Shown piece after piece: positions 13,074 to 25,670 of a stretch of 64,000 nt of DNA (position 1 is the first letter of the stretch; each line of letters starts with the position of its first letter). Both the position numbers and the translations under genes were made by a program. The notes under the pieces are model-generated. The model did not search any database. It was given only the letters and a program-made list of their open reading frames with translations, and had not been told where the DNA came from. Source of the DNA: Octopus vulgaris (taxonomy: Eukaryota); assembly GCA_951406725.2 (NCBI GenBank), contig OX597815.1, forward strand, positions 107,694,001 to 107,758,000. Direction: 5' to 3'.

Positions 13074-13366
13074 ACAACAGACGCTATGAAAATCCATTAA
13101 ATAAAAGGGAAGTAACTCTAATTGGTGGAAAAAGAAAAAAGATAAAAAATATATGCAAATATATTCTCCCAATACATAGACATAAACCTCCTGCTTTCAC
13201 AACATCTACATATGTACACACTCACACAAACATGTATATATACATGCACACACATACAAACATATATGTACGTATGTACTCATACATACACACATATCTA
13301 TACACACACATGTGTATTTTTATTCTCTAGTTTCAGCTCCGAGCTGTGGCCATGCTGATGCAACAC

Positions 13367-13436
<70 letters not shown>

Positions 13437-13610
13437 AACTTATAAATAAGGGCAAACGAAAAAAATTTTCTAATGCCAAATATGCCGAAATTAGACACAT
13501 AGTCTATAACCATATAATTTATCACAATATGCACTTAGTTGTGCTCATGACTTAGTATTTGCTTCTTCCATGGGTATGAGTAAGTATTTCATTTATTTCT
13601 TTGCCACATT

Positions 13611-13663
13611 TATCACTGACGAAGGGAGGGTTCTTATGAACTAACCCTGAAATCGGTCTGATA
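13611..13663 (+). ncRNA. Type I hammerhead ribozyme, copy 1
   Basis: UAUCA-CUGACGA-AGGG-agg-GUUC-uuau-GAAC-uaa-CCCU-GAA-AUCGGU-C-UGAUA; perfect 5-bp stem I; GUC site at 13658. Confidence 0.85.
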
Positions 13664-14087
13664 TGGTAATAATGGAATTTTTTAGAAATTTCTGTCGACC
13701 TTTTTCGAGTAGCGTGCGTATTGTTATAAATTATATGGTTATTGACTATGTGTCTAATTTCAGCATATTTGCCATTAGAAAATTTTTTTCGTTTGCCTTT
13801 ATATAAGTTGTTTATAAATTTAACCTTTAATGGTATTTTTTAATATGTTGGCCATTGATAAAATTTATTTTTCGAAAAAATTTTATCCTACATTAGATGT
13901 AAATTTAATAGTGTTCACTTCCAGATTCTCTCACTCTGTGAGAGTTTCAGTTCGAATCGCACGTGTCTCGAATGGGCTGGAGAATTTCTATTTTGGATAT
14001 ATTTGGGGTACTTAGTTATGCTCATGACTTAGTGTTTGCTTCTTCCATGGGTATGAGTAAGTATTTCATCAATTTCTTTGCCACATT

Positions 14088-14140
14088 TATCACTGACGAA
14101 GGGAGGGTTCTTATGAACTAACCCTGAAATCGGTCTGATA
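14088..14140 (+). ncRNA. Type I hammerhead ribozyme, copy 2 (identical to copy 1)
   Basis: Same sequence as 13611-13663; GUC site at 14135. Confidence 0.85.
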
Positions 14141-14377
14141 TGGTAATAATGGAATTTTTAAGAAATTTCTGTCGATCTTTTTCAAGTAGCATGCATATTG
14201 TGATAAATTATATGGTTATAGACTATGTGTCTAATTTTGGAATATTTGGCATTAGAAATTTTTTTTCATTTGCCCTTATTTATAAGTTGTTTATAAATTT
14301 AACCTTAAAGGTATTTTTTAATATGCTGGCCATTGATAAAATTTATTTTTCAAAAAAATTTTATCCTACATTAGATG

Positions 14378-14451
<74 letters not shown>

Positions 14452-14932
14452 GAAATGAGGTAATCAGAAGATCGGATGGTTCATATTTATAGATATTTAT
14501 TTATATATTACATTTTTTACATATATATATCATATTCAGATCATATCATTCAGGTTATTAGCGCTTTCTCCCATTCTAGTGGGGTTTTCAAATCAAATTA
14601 ATTCCTTTGTGGGGAATTTAATCATTTTATAGAGTTTCGTAGTAGTGGGGAGGAACAAGACAGTATAAGAGGGTGAGGTGGATGAGGAGGAAGTGAGAGA
14701 GAGAGCATGTGTGTATGTGTATGTGTGTGTGTGTGTGTATGTGCGTTTGTACGTATATATATGTGTATATATATGTGTATATATATGTGTATATATATAT
14801 GTGTATATATATGTGTATATATATAAGTATAATATATATGTTATAATTTAGAATAAACAGTAAAAAGTTGTCATTATAGTATTTGGAGTTTCAAATGTGA
14901 GTGTGTATATATACACACACACACACACACAC

Positions 14933-14976
<44 letters not shown>

Positions 14977-14983
14977 ATATATA

Positions 14984-15397
14984 GGTGCAGGAGTGGCTGT
15001 GTGGTAAGTAGCTTGCTAACCAACCACATGGTTCCGGGGGTTCAGTCCCACTGCGTGGCATCTTGGGCACGTGTCTTCTGCTATAGCCCTGGGCCGACCA
15101 ATGCCTTGTGAGTGGATTTGGTAGACGGAAACTGAAAGAAGCCTGTCGTATATATGTATATATATATATGTATGTGTGTGTGTGTTTGTGTATCTGTGTT
15201 TGTCCCCCTAGCATTGCTTGACAACTGATGCTGGTGTGTCTACATCCCCGTCACTCAGCAGTTCGGCAAAAGAGACCGATAGAATAAGTACTGGGCTTAC
15301 AAAAAATAAGTTCTGGGGTCGATTTGCTCGACTAAAGGTGGTGCTTCAGCATGGCCGCAGTCAAATGACTGAAACAAGTAAAAGAAAAGAAAAAGAA
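14984..15397 (+). mobile_element. tRNA-derived SINE, family A, full length
   Basis: Same head and tail as 11260-11706. Confidence 0.85.
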
Positions 15398-16206
15398 ATA
15401 TATATATATACATATACTGACATGCCTTTGCACTCCCGCATACACACACATATATATATGTATACATACAAACATATATACATAGCATGGAAAATGGACG
15501 TTAAACGATGATGATGATGATGATGATATATACACCCTCCCATAACACACCTAGAACCACACACATACAAATTCTGTGTACTATAATGACAATCTTTTAC
15601 TGTTTGTTCTAAATTATAACATGTATAAACAAGAGCACTCAGAGAGTGCCAGCCTCCGTCAAGGCAACACCAATGTCCTTTCAACAATTAGCCGGAGATG
15701 ATTTTTAAAATGAGAATATCTAAAATAAACTGGACTACTCTCACAAATGAGAATCCTAAAAATGAACCCAACCACTCTTAAATGGAAAAATAATCCAAAT
15801 ATATATATATATTGAATGAGAGGAGAAGGGAGAGGAGATGAAATACTAATACAGTGAAGGAGAAGTAGTGAGAGTAATAGCCATGACTGAGAGAGAGTGA
15901 CAGAAAGTAGTGACAATGAGAAAGTGGCAAACAGCATTGTAGGAATGAGAAAGGAAGGGGAGGTAGATGAATAATGAAGGAAAGAGTGAAAAAGCTGATA
16001 CATGGCATTTGAAGTATGAGTATATGTCTGTATAAAAGAGAAGTATGTTTGTGCACGCATTTATGTGTGTATGTGTGTGTGTGTGTACATTGAAAATGGG
16101 AGGTAATGCTTAACACTGAAAATGTGTGAGTATATGTGTGTGTGTGTATGCGTTTACAAGAGAACTATGTGAAACTGTACATATACATGTAAAGTAAAAA
16201 GAATCT

Positions 16207-16445
16207 GCAGGTGGCACATAAAAAACACTGTTTGAGTGTAGCCGTTGCCAGTACTGCCTGACTGGCCTCTGTAAAAGCACCCACTACACTCTTGGAGTGG
16301 TTGGCAATAGGAAGGGCATCCAGCTGTAGAAACTCTGCCAGATTAGATTGGAGTCTGGTGCAGCCATCTTGTTCACCAGATCTCAGTCAAATCATCCAAC
16401 CACATAGAAAGCGGACGTTAAACGATGATGATGATGATGATGATG
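16207..16445 (+). mobile_element. RTE-associated 3' end with (GAT)n tail
   Basis: AAAAGCACCCACTACACTCTTGGAGTGGTTGG..AGGAAGGGCATCCAGCTGTAGAAAC...GGACGTTAAACGATGATG. Confidence 0.75.
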
Positions 16446-16456
16446 TATGTATATGT

Positions 16457-16530
<74 letters not shown>

Positions 16531-16724
16531 GTATATATATATATATATATATGTATGTATATATAGGAATCAAACTCATGACCTCGCATTCATCAGTGCA
16601 ACACCCTTCCTACTAAACCACATACCTTCACCTTCACACACATGTAATATACACGCATACTTTTATATATATATATATATTTGTATTTTTATGCCTCTGT
16701 GTCTCTTTATGTGTATGCATGTAT

Positions 16725-17110
16725 GAGGGTCAGGTGTAAAGTTCATAGGCTGACCAAGACACCCTCATGGAAAGTGACCAAATGAGGTTTATTCTTCAAC
16801 ACAGGTCCTCTTCATGTTCACATATTTCTTCCATCATTGTTGTATTGTTTCAATCCCATTGGTGAAGAAGCTTTCATCCTGGTGGTCAAAAAAGTCATCA
16901 ACAGCAGATATGATGTCATCATCACTGTGATACTAATTCCTAGCCAACTGTTTTTTCATGCTGTGAAACATGTGGTGGTGACCAGGAGAATATGGAGGGT
17001 GATCAACCAGTTGAAAGCCACAGTCACACACAACAGCCATTGAAAGCAAGGACTTGTGAACTAGAGTATTGTCCTGATGGAACAAGACTCTTTTCCTCAG
17101 TTTTTCTGGA
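16725..17110 (-). mobile_element. mariner transposase C-terminal remnant
   Basis: Minus strand translates CGFQLVDHPPYSP (HPPYSPDL motif) and NGIETIQQ*WKKYVNMKRTCVEE*; GAGGG TIR-like end at ~16725. Confidence 0.7.
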
Positions 17111-17132
17111 TACTTAGTAATTCTATATATTT

Positions 17133-17221
17133 ATGCAGCTGAGGATAGGCCTGCATTTAAATTGAAAGTAATGATTGCATTGTTCAATTAAATGGAGCTG
17201 CTTGAAATGGTTGTACTGCAT
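17133..17221 (+). ncRNA. Type I hammerhead ribozyme motif with long stem II
   Basis: AUGCAG-CUGAGGA-U-AGGC..CAUUUAAAUUGAA...UUCAAUUAAAUG..GCUU-GAA-AUGGUUGU-A-CUGCAU; 6-bp stem I; GUA site at 17215. Confidence 0.7.
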
Positions 17222-17248
17222 CACCTCATGATATCCTGTTGCTTATTT

Positions 17249-17290
<42 letters not shown>

Positions 17291-18178
17291 ATCACGTGAC
17301 TGACCAGACCATCAGATGTTGTTACACATCGCTGGTCACAATGCGTTTGCATTGTTTTAGCCTTCGAATGACGCCACCCTGCCGTCATGGTCGACTTTGC
17401 TTTTAATCCTTTTGGGGTCAATAAATTAAGTACCAGGTATTGGTTGTGCACTGGGGCCGATCTAACCGACTGGCACCCTGTCCCCAGATTTCAGGCCTTG
17501 TACCTATTGGCTTAAAACATCAAAGTCTACTTTTTCTTGAGTGTCAAATACATCGTTTGTTGTTTTATCATCTGTCTTTGTTTTTAGTACATTCCTTTGT
17601 ATTTCTGTGAACTATATATGTACATACGTATGTATGTATGCCTCCTCATAGGTGTACTTGTCTGAGTTTGTGCATGTAGTGGATGGGTTTTCATCCTGTT
17701 GGGAAAAGATTATACAGTTTATACCTATCTCTGACACTGCACTGTATTATGTCATAAGCAAAAGCACTTCACTCAATGTTCTATGACCCTCTTCTATCTA
17801 ACTGTCAATAGATTCCATACAAAGATACTGTTTAATGTTATCAGCAGCTGAGGTGCTATATAATTAACAACTGATTCATTAAATTGCTGCATTGAGCACA
17901 AACTATAAGCTTCGAGAAGAGAACTTTATAGAAAGCTACTTCAATACATATATTAATACATATATTAAGGTATGTACATGTACACACACACATGCACACA
18001 TACACACATACATTGTGTGCTTGTGTATGTATGTGTGTGAGCATATGTATATATATATATATTTTAAATATACATATTTATATGTATATATTTTATATAT
18101 AATATATATATTATATATATATATATATATATAATTATACATATATATATGTATGTGTGTGTGGGTATACATATGTGT

Positions 18179-18239
<61 letters not shown>

Positions 18240-18310
18240 TATATATACATACATACATACATATATATATACACACATATACACACATATGTATACCCAC
18301 ACACACATAC

Positions 18311-18389
<79 letters not shown>

Positions 18390-18546
18390 TATATATATGT
18401 ATATTACTTATTATATATTTATCATTCATTTTTATACTATTTGAGATCTAGTTATGTTTTATAAAAATATATAATATTTATTTATGTTTTGGTTTATGTC
18501 TATCACTGTTTGAGTTGCATAATAGTGGTTTTATTTCTAATTTATG

Positions 18547-18587
<41 letters not shown>

Positions 18588-19028
18588 CCATCACACACAC
18601 ATACATATTTATATATATTCATGTGTAAATGTTTACATATCTATATGTGTATACATATAGATATGCACGCATAAACAATACACAAGATTTATATTTCTCA
18701 CCATTGCATACCACTTCATCATAAAGTCAATAGAACTAATCACCACATCATAGAGGTATCTCTCATTAGAAACGTTCTGAATTATTGACTATTTATTTTT
18801 TGTGCTGTTGATGTAAGAGAAGCAAAATATTGAAAAAACTAAATATTCATGTAAACACATACAAGGATATTTTACTTAGGGTGAAAATCGTTTTTGACTC
18901 GTGTAATTTTGTTTTGCATATTCTCATATATATCAACTAGTTGTGTATATACATGATCGCACATATGCACATGCTCACACACGTGCATATATTCATGTCT
19001 GCACACACGTGCATATATTCATGTCTGC

Positions 19029-19062
<34 letters not shown>

Positions 19063-19070
<8 letters not shown>

Positions 19071-19370
19071 ATGAGAATGTGTGTCTATCTGTCTGTGTGT
19101 GTCTGCGTCTGTGTGAATCCATAAAACTTGAGAACTACACGACCAATTTCATTCAAATTTTACACATGCCTTACTCAGGGTCCAAGCAGTATTATGGGCT
19201 AAAAAATTTTCAACTTCTCACAGAGTGCGAGCCCACAGCAAAATCATATCTTCTCTACTATCTCAGTATTACGTGTCAAAAGTGAAACAATAACATCTCT
19301 CTGTTGTAATGTCAGATGCTTTCACTTTAATAGTTTCACTTTAATACTGAAACTATTAAATTGAAACTAT
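19063..19370 (+). mobile_element. Probable non-autonomous Helitron-type repeat (5' part)
   Basis: ATATAAAGATGAGAATGTGTGTCT(GTCT/GT)n...ACCAATTTCATTCAAATTTTACAC, a layout typical of small invertebrate Helitron-like repeats; 3' end not recognised. Confidence 0.4.
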
Positions 19371-19371
19371 T

Positions 19372-19517
19372 ATATAAGAGGGATGAACTGTAAGTGCTCA
19401 TCCATTATGCTAGAAGAAGATCTGCCATGGTCTTACCACTAACAAAGGAATGGTAAGACCATAGCGGATCTTCTTCTAGCATAATGGATGTCCACTTACA
19501 GGTCATCCCTCTTATAT
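19372..19517. repeat. Fold-back (hairpin) MITE-like element
   Basis: ~67-bp arms ATATAAGAGGGATGA...GGTCTTACCA / TGGTAAGACC...TCATCCCTCTTATAT with a 12-nt loop and TA flanks. Confidence 0.8.
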
Positions 19518-19738
19518 GTATGTAATATGATTTTTTCTGAAACTTCAGATTTTTCAGTATGCTACACCACTGGTTTTAAAGTAATATTAATCAAATTAAT
19601 ATTCAATTTTTCACCCTCAATATTTTAAATTTAAATTTACATGTATATATATATATATTTTCTATTCCTGAGCGTTATACTTATACATCTGTTTGTTTTG
19701 TACACCACCTGTCTTCATTTGTTTTTTTTGTAAACTCT

Positions 19739-19815
<77 letters not shown>

Positions 19816-20182
19816 CATGTATACATGTATATGTATAGCTGTATACATATATAGTGATATAGATGTATATGTATACATGTATATGTGTAGATGTATATAT
19901 ATATATATAGATTTACATGTAATATGTACACATATATATATGCATACATGTATATATACACCCATACACACACATATATACATAGGTGCAGGTGTGGCTG
20001 TATGGTAACAAACTTGGTTCCAAAACACATGGTCCTTGGTTCAATCCCACTGTGTGGTGACTGGCATGTGTCTTCTGCTATAGCCTCAGACCACACCTCA
20101 ACAGAATACACATCAATCAACTACTTGTATATACATATATACATATTACATGTATATACATACATACATACATACATATATA

Positions 20183-20216
<34 letters not shown>

Positions 20217-20389
20217 ATTACATATATACATATATATATACATATATACATGTATATATACATATATACACATATATACATAAACGATGATGATGATGAT
20301 GATGATGATATACATGTATATACATATATACATATATATATACTTATATAAATGTATATACATATACTCAATATATACATACTGAGTCA

Positions 20390-20822
20390 AGTAAAATCAA
20401 AAATCAAAATCAAAATCACAATCAGAATCTGAATTAAATCGAAATCAAAAATGGAAATTGTAGTTGTGGCCAATGGCACTGCCACCTGACTGGCTCCCAT
20501 GCTGGTGTCATGCAATAAGCACCATTAATAAGCACCTACCTGCCCCGACTGGCTTCTGTGCTGGTAGCACGTAAAAAACATCATCCGAACATGGGTGATG
20601 CCAGTGCTGCCTGACTGGCTTCCATGACGGTGGCATGTAAAAAGCACCCACTACACTCTCAGAATGGTTGATGTTAGGAAGGGCATCCAGCTGTAGAAAT
20701 ATTGCCAGATCAGATTGGAGCCTGGTGTAGCCTCCTGGCTTGCCTGTCCCCAGTCAAACCGTCCAACCCATGTCAGCATGGAAAATGGACATTAAACAAT
20801 GATGATGATGATGATGATGACG
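20390..20822 (+). mobile_element. RTE-associated 3' UTR with internal ~60-bp repeats and (GAT)n tail
   Basis: (AAAATC)n, then repeated GCTGGTGGCA.GTAAAAAGCACC units, terminal module and GATGAT tail. Confidence 0.75.
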
Positions 20823-21938
20823 ATACATATATTGTATTTGTTTTGCAATGTTGTATTTGTTTTGCAAGATTCTCGATGTGAACTTGTGTGTTGAAACAAA
20901 CTTTGTTATATCTTGGGTGGGTCGTTATGCCAATAATAAACACTTGCACTAGTTCTATAATTGAGTATCTGATTAATAGACCAGTTAATTATTCAGTCAG
21001 TTAAGTTTTTCATTGATCAGGTTGCCATTCCCAACTACATCAATGACATGCCCTCTCTATTCCAGGTTTTCTGCAGCATCCAGTTATAGAAATCATGCTA
21101 AAGTTATCATTGGAACAAGATGCAATCCTCAGGACCATTGGATTTTGTCAAAGTGTCCAATCCATGCCAGCATGGAAGATGGATTTTAAAAGATTACCAT
21201 GACGATGATGATTGACAATAATACATACCAGCATGCATATAAGCAGATATCTATCTATCCGTCTGTTAATCTCTCTGCTTTCCTGCCTGCCTACTTGTTT
21301 GTCTATCTGTGTATGTGTGTGTGTAAGGATGGATACATGCAGTTAGATATAGCACCGTCAGTTATTGTTTGTTAATGAGAATGGAAAATGTATTATGCAT
21401 GGAGTAATTCTAGGAAATAGGCTATCACTCATGGTAACTATGAACTATAAAACAAAATAATTTTCTGATTTCAATATATACTGCTTTCTACATCTTCCAT
21501 ATTTTTACTCTCAATCCCAATATATACCTGCAATATAGCGTTCCATATTGCTTTTGTGTTATTCATTCTATATGTGAAGGTTTTGAACTTTTGTTTACTA
21601 TTTCAAATATTTGGATACAATTGAAGCCATTGAGTTTGCAGTTGGATGATTTTCTCAATAGTAAGAATTGAGATATGAATGTATCTGTATTACGTGTGTG
21701 TATACGTGTTCTGTGTGCGTGTGTATATGCATGTGTGTGTGCGCACACACACACACATACTAGGATATAGACACAAACTCAGACATCATATTCATATGCA
21801 TATATCCCAAACCTCATATGTATGTGAATAATATCTATATCTATCTATACACATATAAATATGTATATATATATATGTACACATAAACATACATATGAAT
21901 TTGTGCAATATGTGTATATATGTATGTATATGAGTGTA

Positions 21939-21971
<33 letters not shown>

Positions 21972-22749
21972 GTATATGTATATATATATACATACTTACA
22001 CATACATATGAATGTGTGCATGTATAAGTGTGTGTGTGTGTATCATATATAAACAATATTAATGCTCACAACAGCCATCCAAACAGCTTACCGCTTCCAG
22101 CTTGAAGGATCAAGAAAAATGTGAACAACAGTCGCAACAGTTGATATATATATATATATATATATATATCAATTTATGTACACAATAGTTCTGTAATTAA
22201 AAACGAACCAAAGGAATTTAGAAAGATAAATAAAATAAAAAGAACCAGAAAATTGGCATCATTTTATATCACCATAAAATTTCCAAAACCAACAGTAAAT
22301 GCCTATATAAGAGATTTGTGTATCAGTAAATTCTTTCATCTACTTTTTTTATTTATTTGTTTATAGTTTTCTTTTTATTGTCCAACTCGTATATAAGAAG
22401 ATAAATATAGAAAATAAAGATCAATATTAGACAAAAGCTGTCTCCAAATATTTCAGGATTCCAAACTTGTTTCATTTGTTTTTTATTTGTTTTGGTCATT
22501 GGAATGCACAGCCATGTTGATGCACTGTCTTGAAGTATTTTAGAGCTACAAATCAACCCTAGTATTTATTTTGAAGTGTGCTACTTATTCTAACAGTTTC
22601 TTTTGCCAAACTGCTAAGTTTCAGGGATGTAAGCAAGCCAACACTGGTTGTCTAGTGATGGTGGTGGTGGTGGACAAATGTAGCCACAAAGATACCACAT
22701 GTTTACATACATACTACATACATCCATCCATACAAAAATACCCTGTTGG

Positions 22750-23465
22750 TCATCGTCATCATCATCGTTGTTTAACGTCCACTTTCCATGCTGGCATGGG
22801 TTGGACGGTTTGACAGAGAGCTGGCAAGCTGAGAGGCTGCACCAGGCTCTAATCTGATTTGGCAAGGTTTCTACTGCTGGATGCCCTTCCTAACGCCAAC
22901 CATTCTGACAATGTAGTGGCTGCATTTTACATGCCACCAGCACAGGTGCCAGTCAGGTGGCACAGGCATTGGCCATACTTGAACGGTGCTTTTTACGTGC
23001 CAGTCAGGTGGCACTGGCATCAGCCATGACTATGATTTCACTTGGTTCAACAGGTCTTCACAAGCACGGTATATTGCCCGACGATTGAAGGATGCTTTAA
23101 ATCGGCCAGTTAGGTGACACTGGCACTGGCCATGGATATGACCTCACTTGGCTTGCCGGGTCTTTGCAAGCCAGCATATCCCCATAGGTCTATGCGACTT
23201 GTCGTTGCCTCTGTGAGGCCCGACGTTCGAAGGTCGTGCTTCACCACCTCATCCCATGTCTTTCTGGGTCTACGTCTTCCATAGGTTCCCTCCACTGTTA
23301 GGGTGTGACACTTCTTCACACAGCTGTCCTCATCCATACACAACACATGACTATACCAGTGCAGTTGTCTCTCTTGTGCACCACCTCTGCTGCTTCTTAT
23401 GTCCAACTTTTCTCTCTGAGCACTTACATTCTGTGATGTATGTGCACTGGTATTACACATCCAAC
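22750..23465 (-). mobile_element. RTE LINE 3' fragment (ORF end + 3' UTR + tail)
   Basis: ORF 23110..23472: QERQLHWYSHVLCMDEDSCVKK...GRRRPRKTWDEVVKHDL (RTE C-terminus), followed by the repeat-rich UTR and (GAT)n. Confidence 0.85.
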
Positions 23466-23629
23466 AGAACAAAATTTCAATGAAGGAGCTTTGGATCTAG
23501 GTTAGAAACTGGCTCTTTCTCTATTGGCAAGAAATGTTGAAATAAAACTAAATTGAGACATACATACATACATACATACATACATACATACATACATACA
23601 TACATACATACATACATACATACATACAT

Positions 23630-24630
23630 GCTTGACTTAAGCAGAGATAAAGGAGGTAGTGGCTTAAGATCAGTGCAGACAGCCTTTGAATATTCCACAG
23701 TCTCTCTGAGACAGCACTTGCTAAACAACAGCAGCAAAATTAAATACATTAACTTATTGCTGAAAAGTGAAGGAAACAATATCCTACATGTTGGAAGTGA
23801 ACTCCTCAGGAAGTACTATCTTCCTGATGACCTCCCATATAACCCTAAATCAGCCTGACTAGCATACCTCAAAAAGACCTGGAAGTGAAGTGTTCAGCAT
23901 TCCAACATGCATGAGTATGTTTCTTATAGAATTGAAGAAGATAGTAGCATTGAGATGAAGCGAAACCTCTCTTGGACTTATGACTACTACATCACATCAC
24001 ACTTTGAAGGCTGTGCAACTAAATACCTAATCAACAAAAAAGACAATGAAGCCCTTGGAATTTCAAGATGCAACTGTAAACGTAGATTATGTTATATTTA
24101 TGTTGAAGACATCACACATGGGATTAGCAGCTGCCCAAAAATGTCATCAAGGTACTACCTCCCTATGCGACATAACGTCACAAAAACAATATACAATGCT
24201 GTTTGGAGAAAAGGTTGTCCTAGTATAAATATTGAAAATCCCCCTTTTATTGAATACATACACAAATACCAGTACAAAGAATACTGGCAGAATATTCCCA
24301 TCAAAATATTGTCAAGTGTAAGCATAACAGGGTGTGGGGTATTGATGTTTGGAACAGACAAGAAAAAGTATGTGCCATCATAGAGGTCAGCTGTCCTGCT
24401 GATGTGAATATCTCTTTGAAAACCAAAGAGTAAGTAGATGACTATGGACGACTACTTCAAAACTCCAGCTGCTATATCTGGATTACAAATTTTGGCCCAT
24501 CTGGAGCTAAGTATGATTGAACTTGGGATCTTGGGGAGAGAACACAAATCCTTAATTCAACTGTTACAAGCAATCATGATATCTGGGTCTATAAAAATTT
24601 GCAAGACCAGTTAAAGATTTAAAGGAAGAT
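23630..24630 (+). pseudogene. R4/Dong-clade (RLE) LINE remnant: RT thumb, CCHC knuckle, restriction-like endonuclease
   Basis: [12 protein letters not shown] (LY.PR..GGRGL), RRLCYIYVEDITHGISSCPKMSSRYYLPMRHN, EYWQNIPIK, IEVSCPADVNISLK; several frameshifts. Confidence 0.8.
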
Positions 24631-24799
24631 GGTTAAAACAAAGCAGGTGGCCGGTCAAAATATATTCTAAACTAGGAAAGAGAAAGAGTACCAACATACA
24701 TTACCTAGGGGTAGATGAAAACATATCTTTTGATGGGACCTACAACAAGGCACATATCACTCAAGAATACTAGAATGGGATAAATTTAATAAAACAGTG

Positions 24800-25670
24800 G
24801 CTCACAATGTGTTTGAACTACAAGTATTCATGCTAACATTTTGACTACTTGATTGGACACTTGATTGGATCACATCAATAACAATGTAGACCACCACTAC
24901 CTAAAATGAAAACAAGGAGGCAGAGGCTTAACATTGATTCAGATTACCTTTGAATGTCATATCATATTCCTTTGGCAACATCTTTTAACCGCCAAGCATT
25001 GAAGTGCATCCCTTGACTAAGTTTGTATATATGAATCAGATAACATCATGAGGCTTGGTAAGCAGCTTCTTGAACCACATCCGTTGTCTGATAACCATGA
25101 ATACATGCCCAAAGAAGCTGTACAACTTTACTACAATGTGTTATGAGATCAAAAGATGAACGTATATCAGTAGATAACATGGATATGATAGCAGAAAGCT
25201 CCGAAATGATAGTAACAATTACTCTACCCAGATTACAAGTTCAGGTTTATACCTGTAATTATTGAATCACTGGGATATGTAACACACTGCCTAAGTACCA
25301 ATATTGAGAAATTAGGCTTCCCAAAACCAGAAAGAAGAAAGCTTATTCAAAGATTAGAGAAGGAAACTATCACTGAAACTGTAAAAATCTTTAAAATTTT
25401 CCAGAAGTTTAGCACTTAAGTATATATGCACATATCTAGATATGCAACAATATGTGCATAAGAATACATGCGACTATATGAATAAGTATACATACATAAA
25501 ACAATGCATACAAATCTTTACATGCACTGATTCCAAATACTGCACATTTACACACATACATGCAAAAATACCCTTTTGATGTTGAAATTCCAATGATGGA
25601 GCCTTGGATTTAGGTTAGAAACTGGCTTTTTTGCTACTGGCAAAAAATCTTGAAACAAAACTAAATAATT
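24800..25670 (+). mobile_element. Second, deleted R4/Dong-type copy with 3' UTR
   Basis: LPKMKTRRQRL..IQITFECHI (thumb), RFIPVIIESLGYV...RKLIQRL...TVKIFK (RLE end); 3' UTR 25582-25668 matches 23472-23553. Confidence 0.65.

Larger units (their letters stand above)
13431..14378 (+). mobile_element. Non-coding retrozyme-like / Penelope-pLTR element: inverted partial copy plus tandem direct repeats, inside (TA)n
   Basis: Direct repeats 13533-13900 and 14010-14378 (period 477); 13431-13533 is the reverse complement of ~13714-13815 and ~14192-14294; TA tracts on both sides. Confidence 0.85.

Noticed and set aside
17856-18674. Many ORFs rich in YI/HT/CV (also at 1557-2156, 10247-10724, 12419-13000, 19662-20390, 36117-36637, 49715-50008 and elsewhere)
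   Set aside because: They are translations of (TA)n, (CA)n and (CATA)n microsatellites, not genes.
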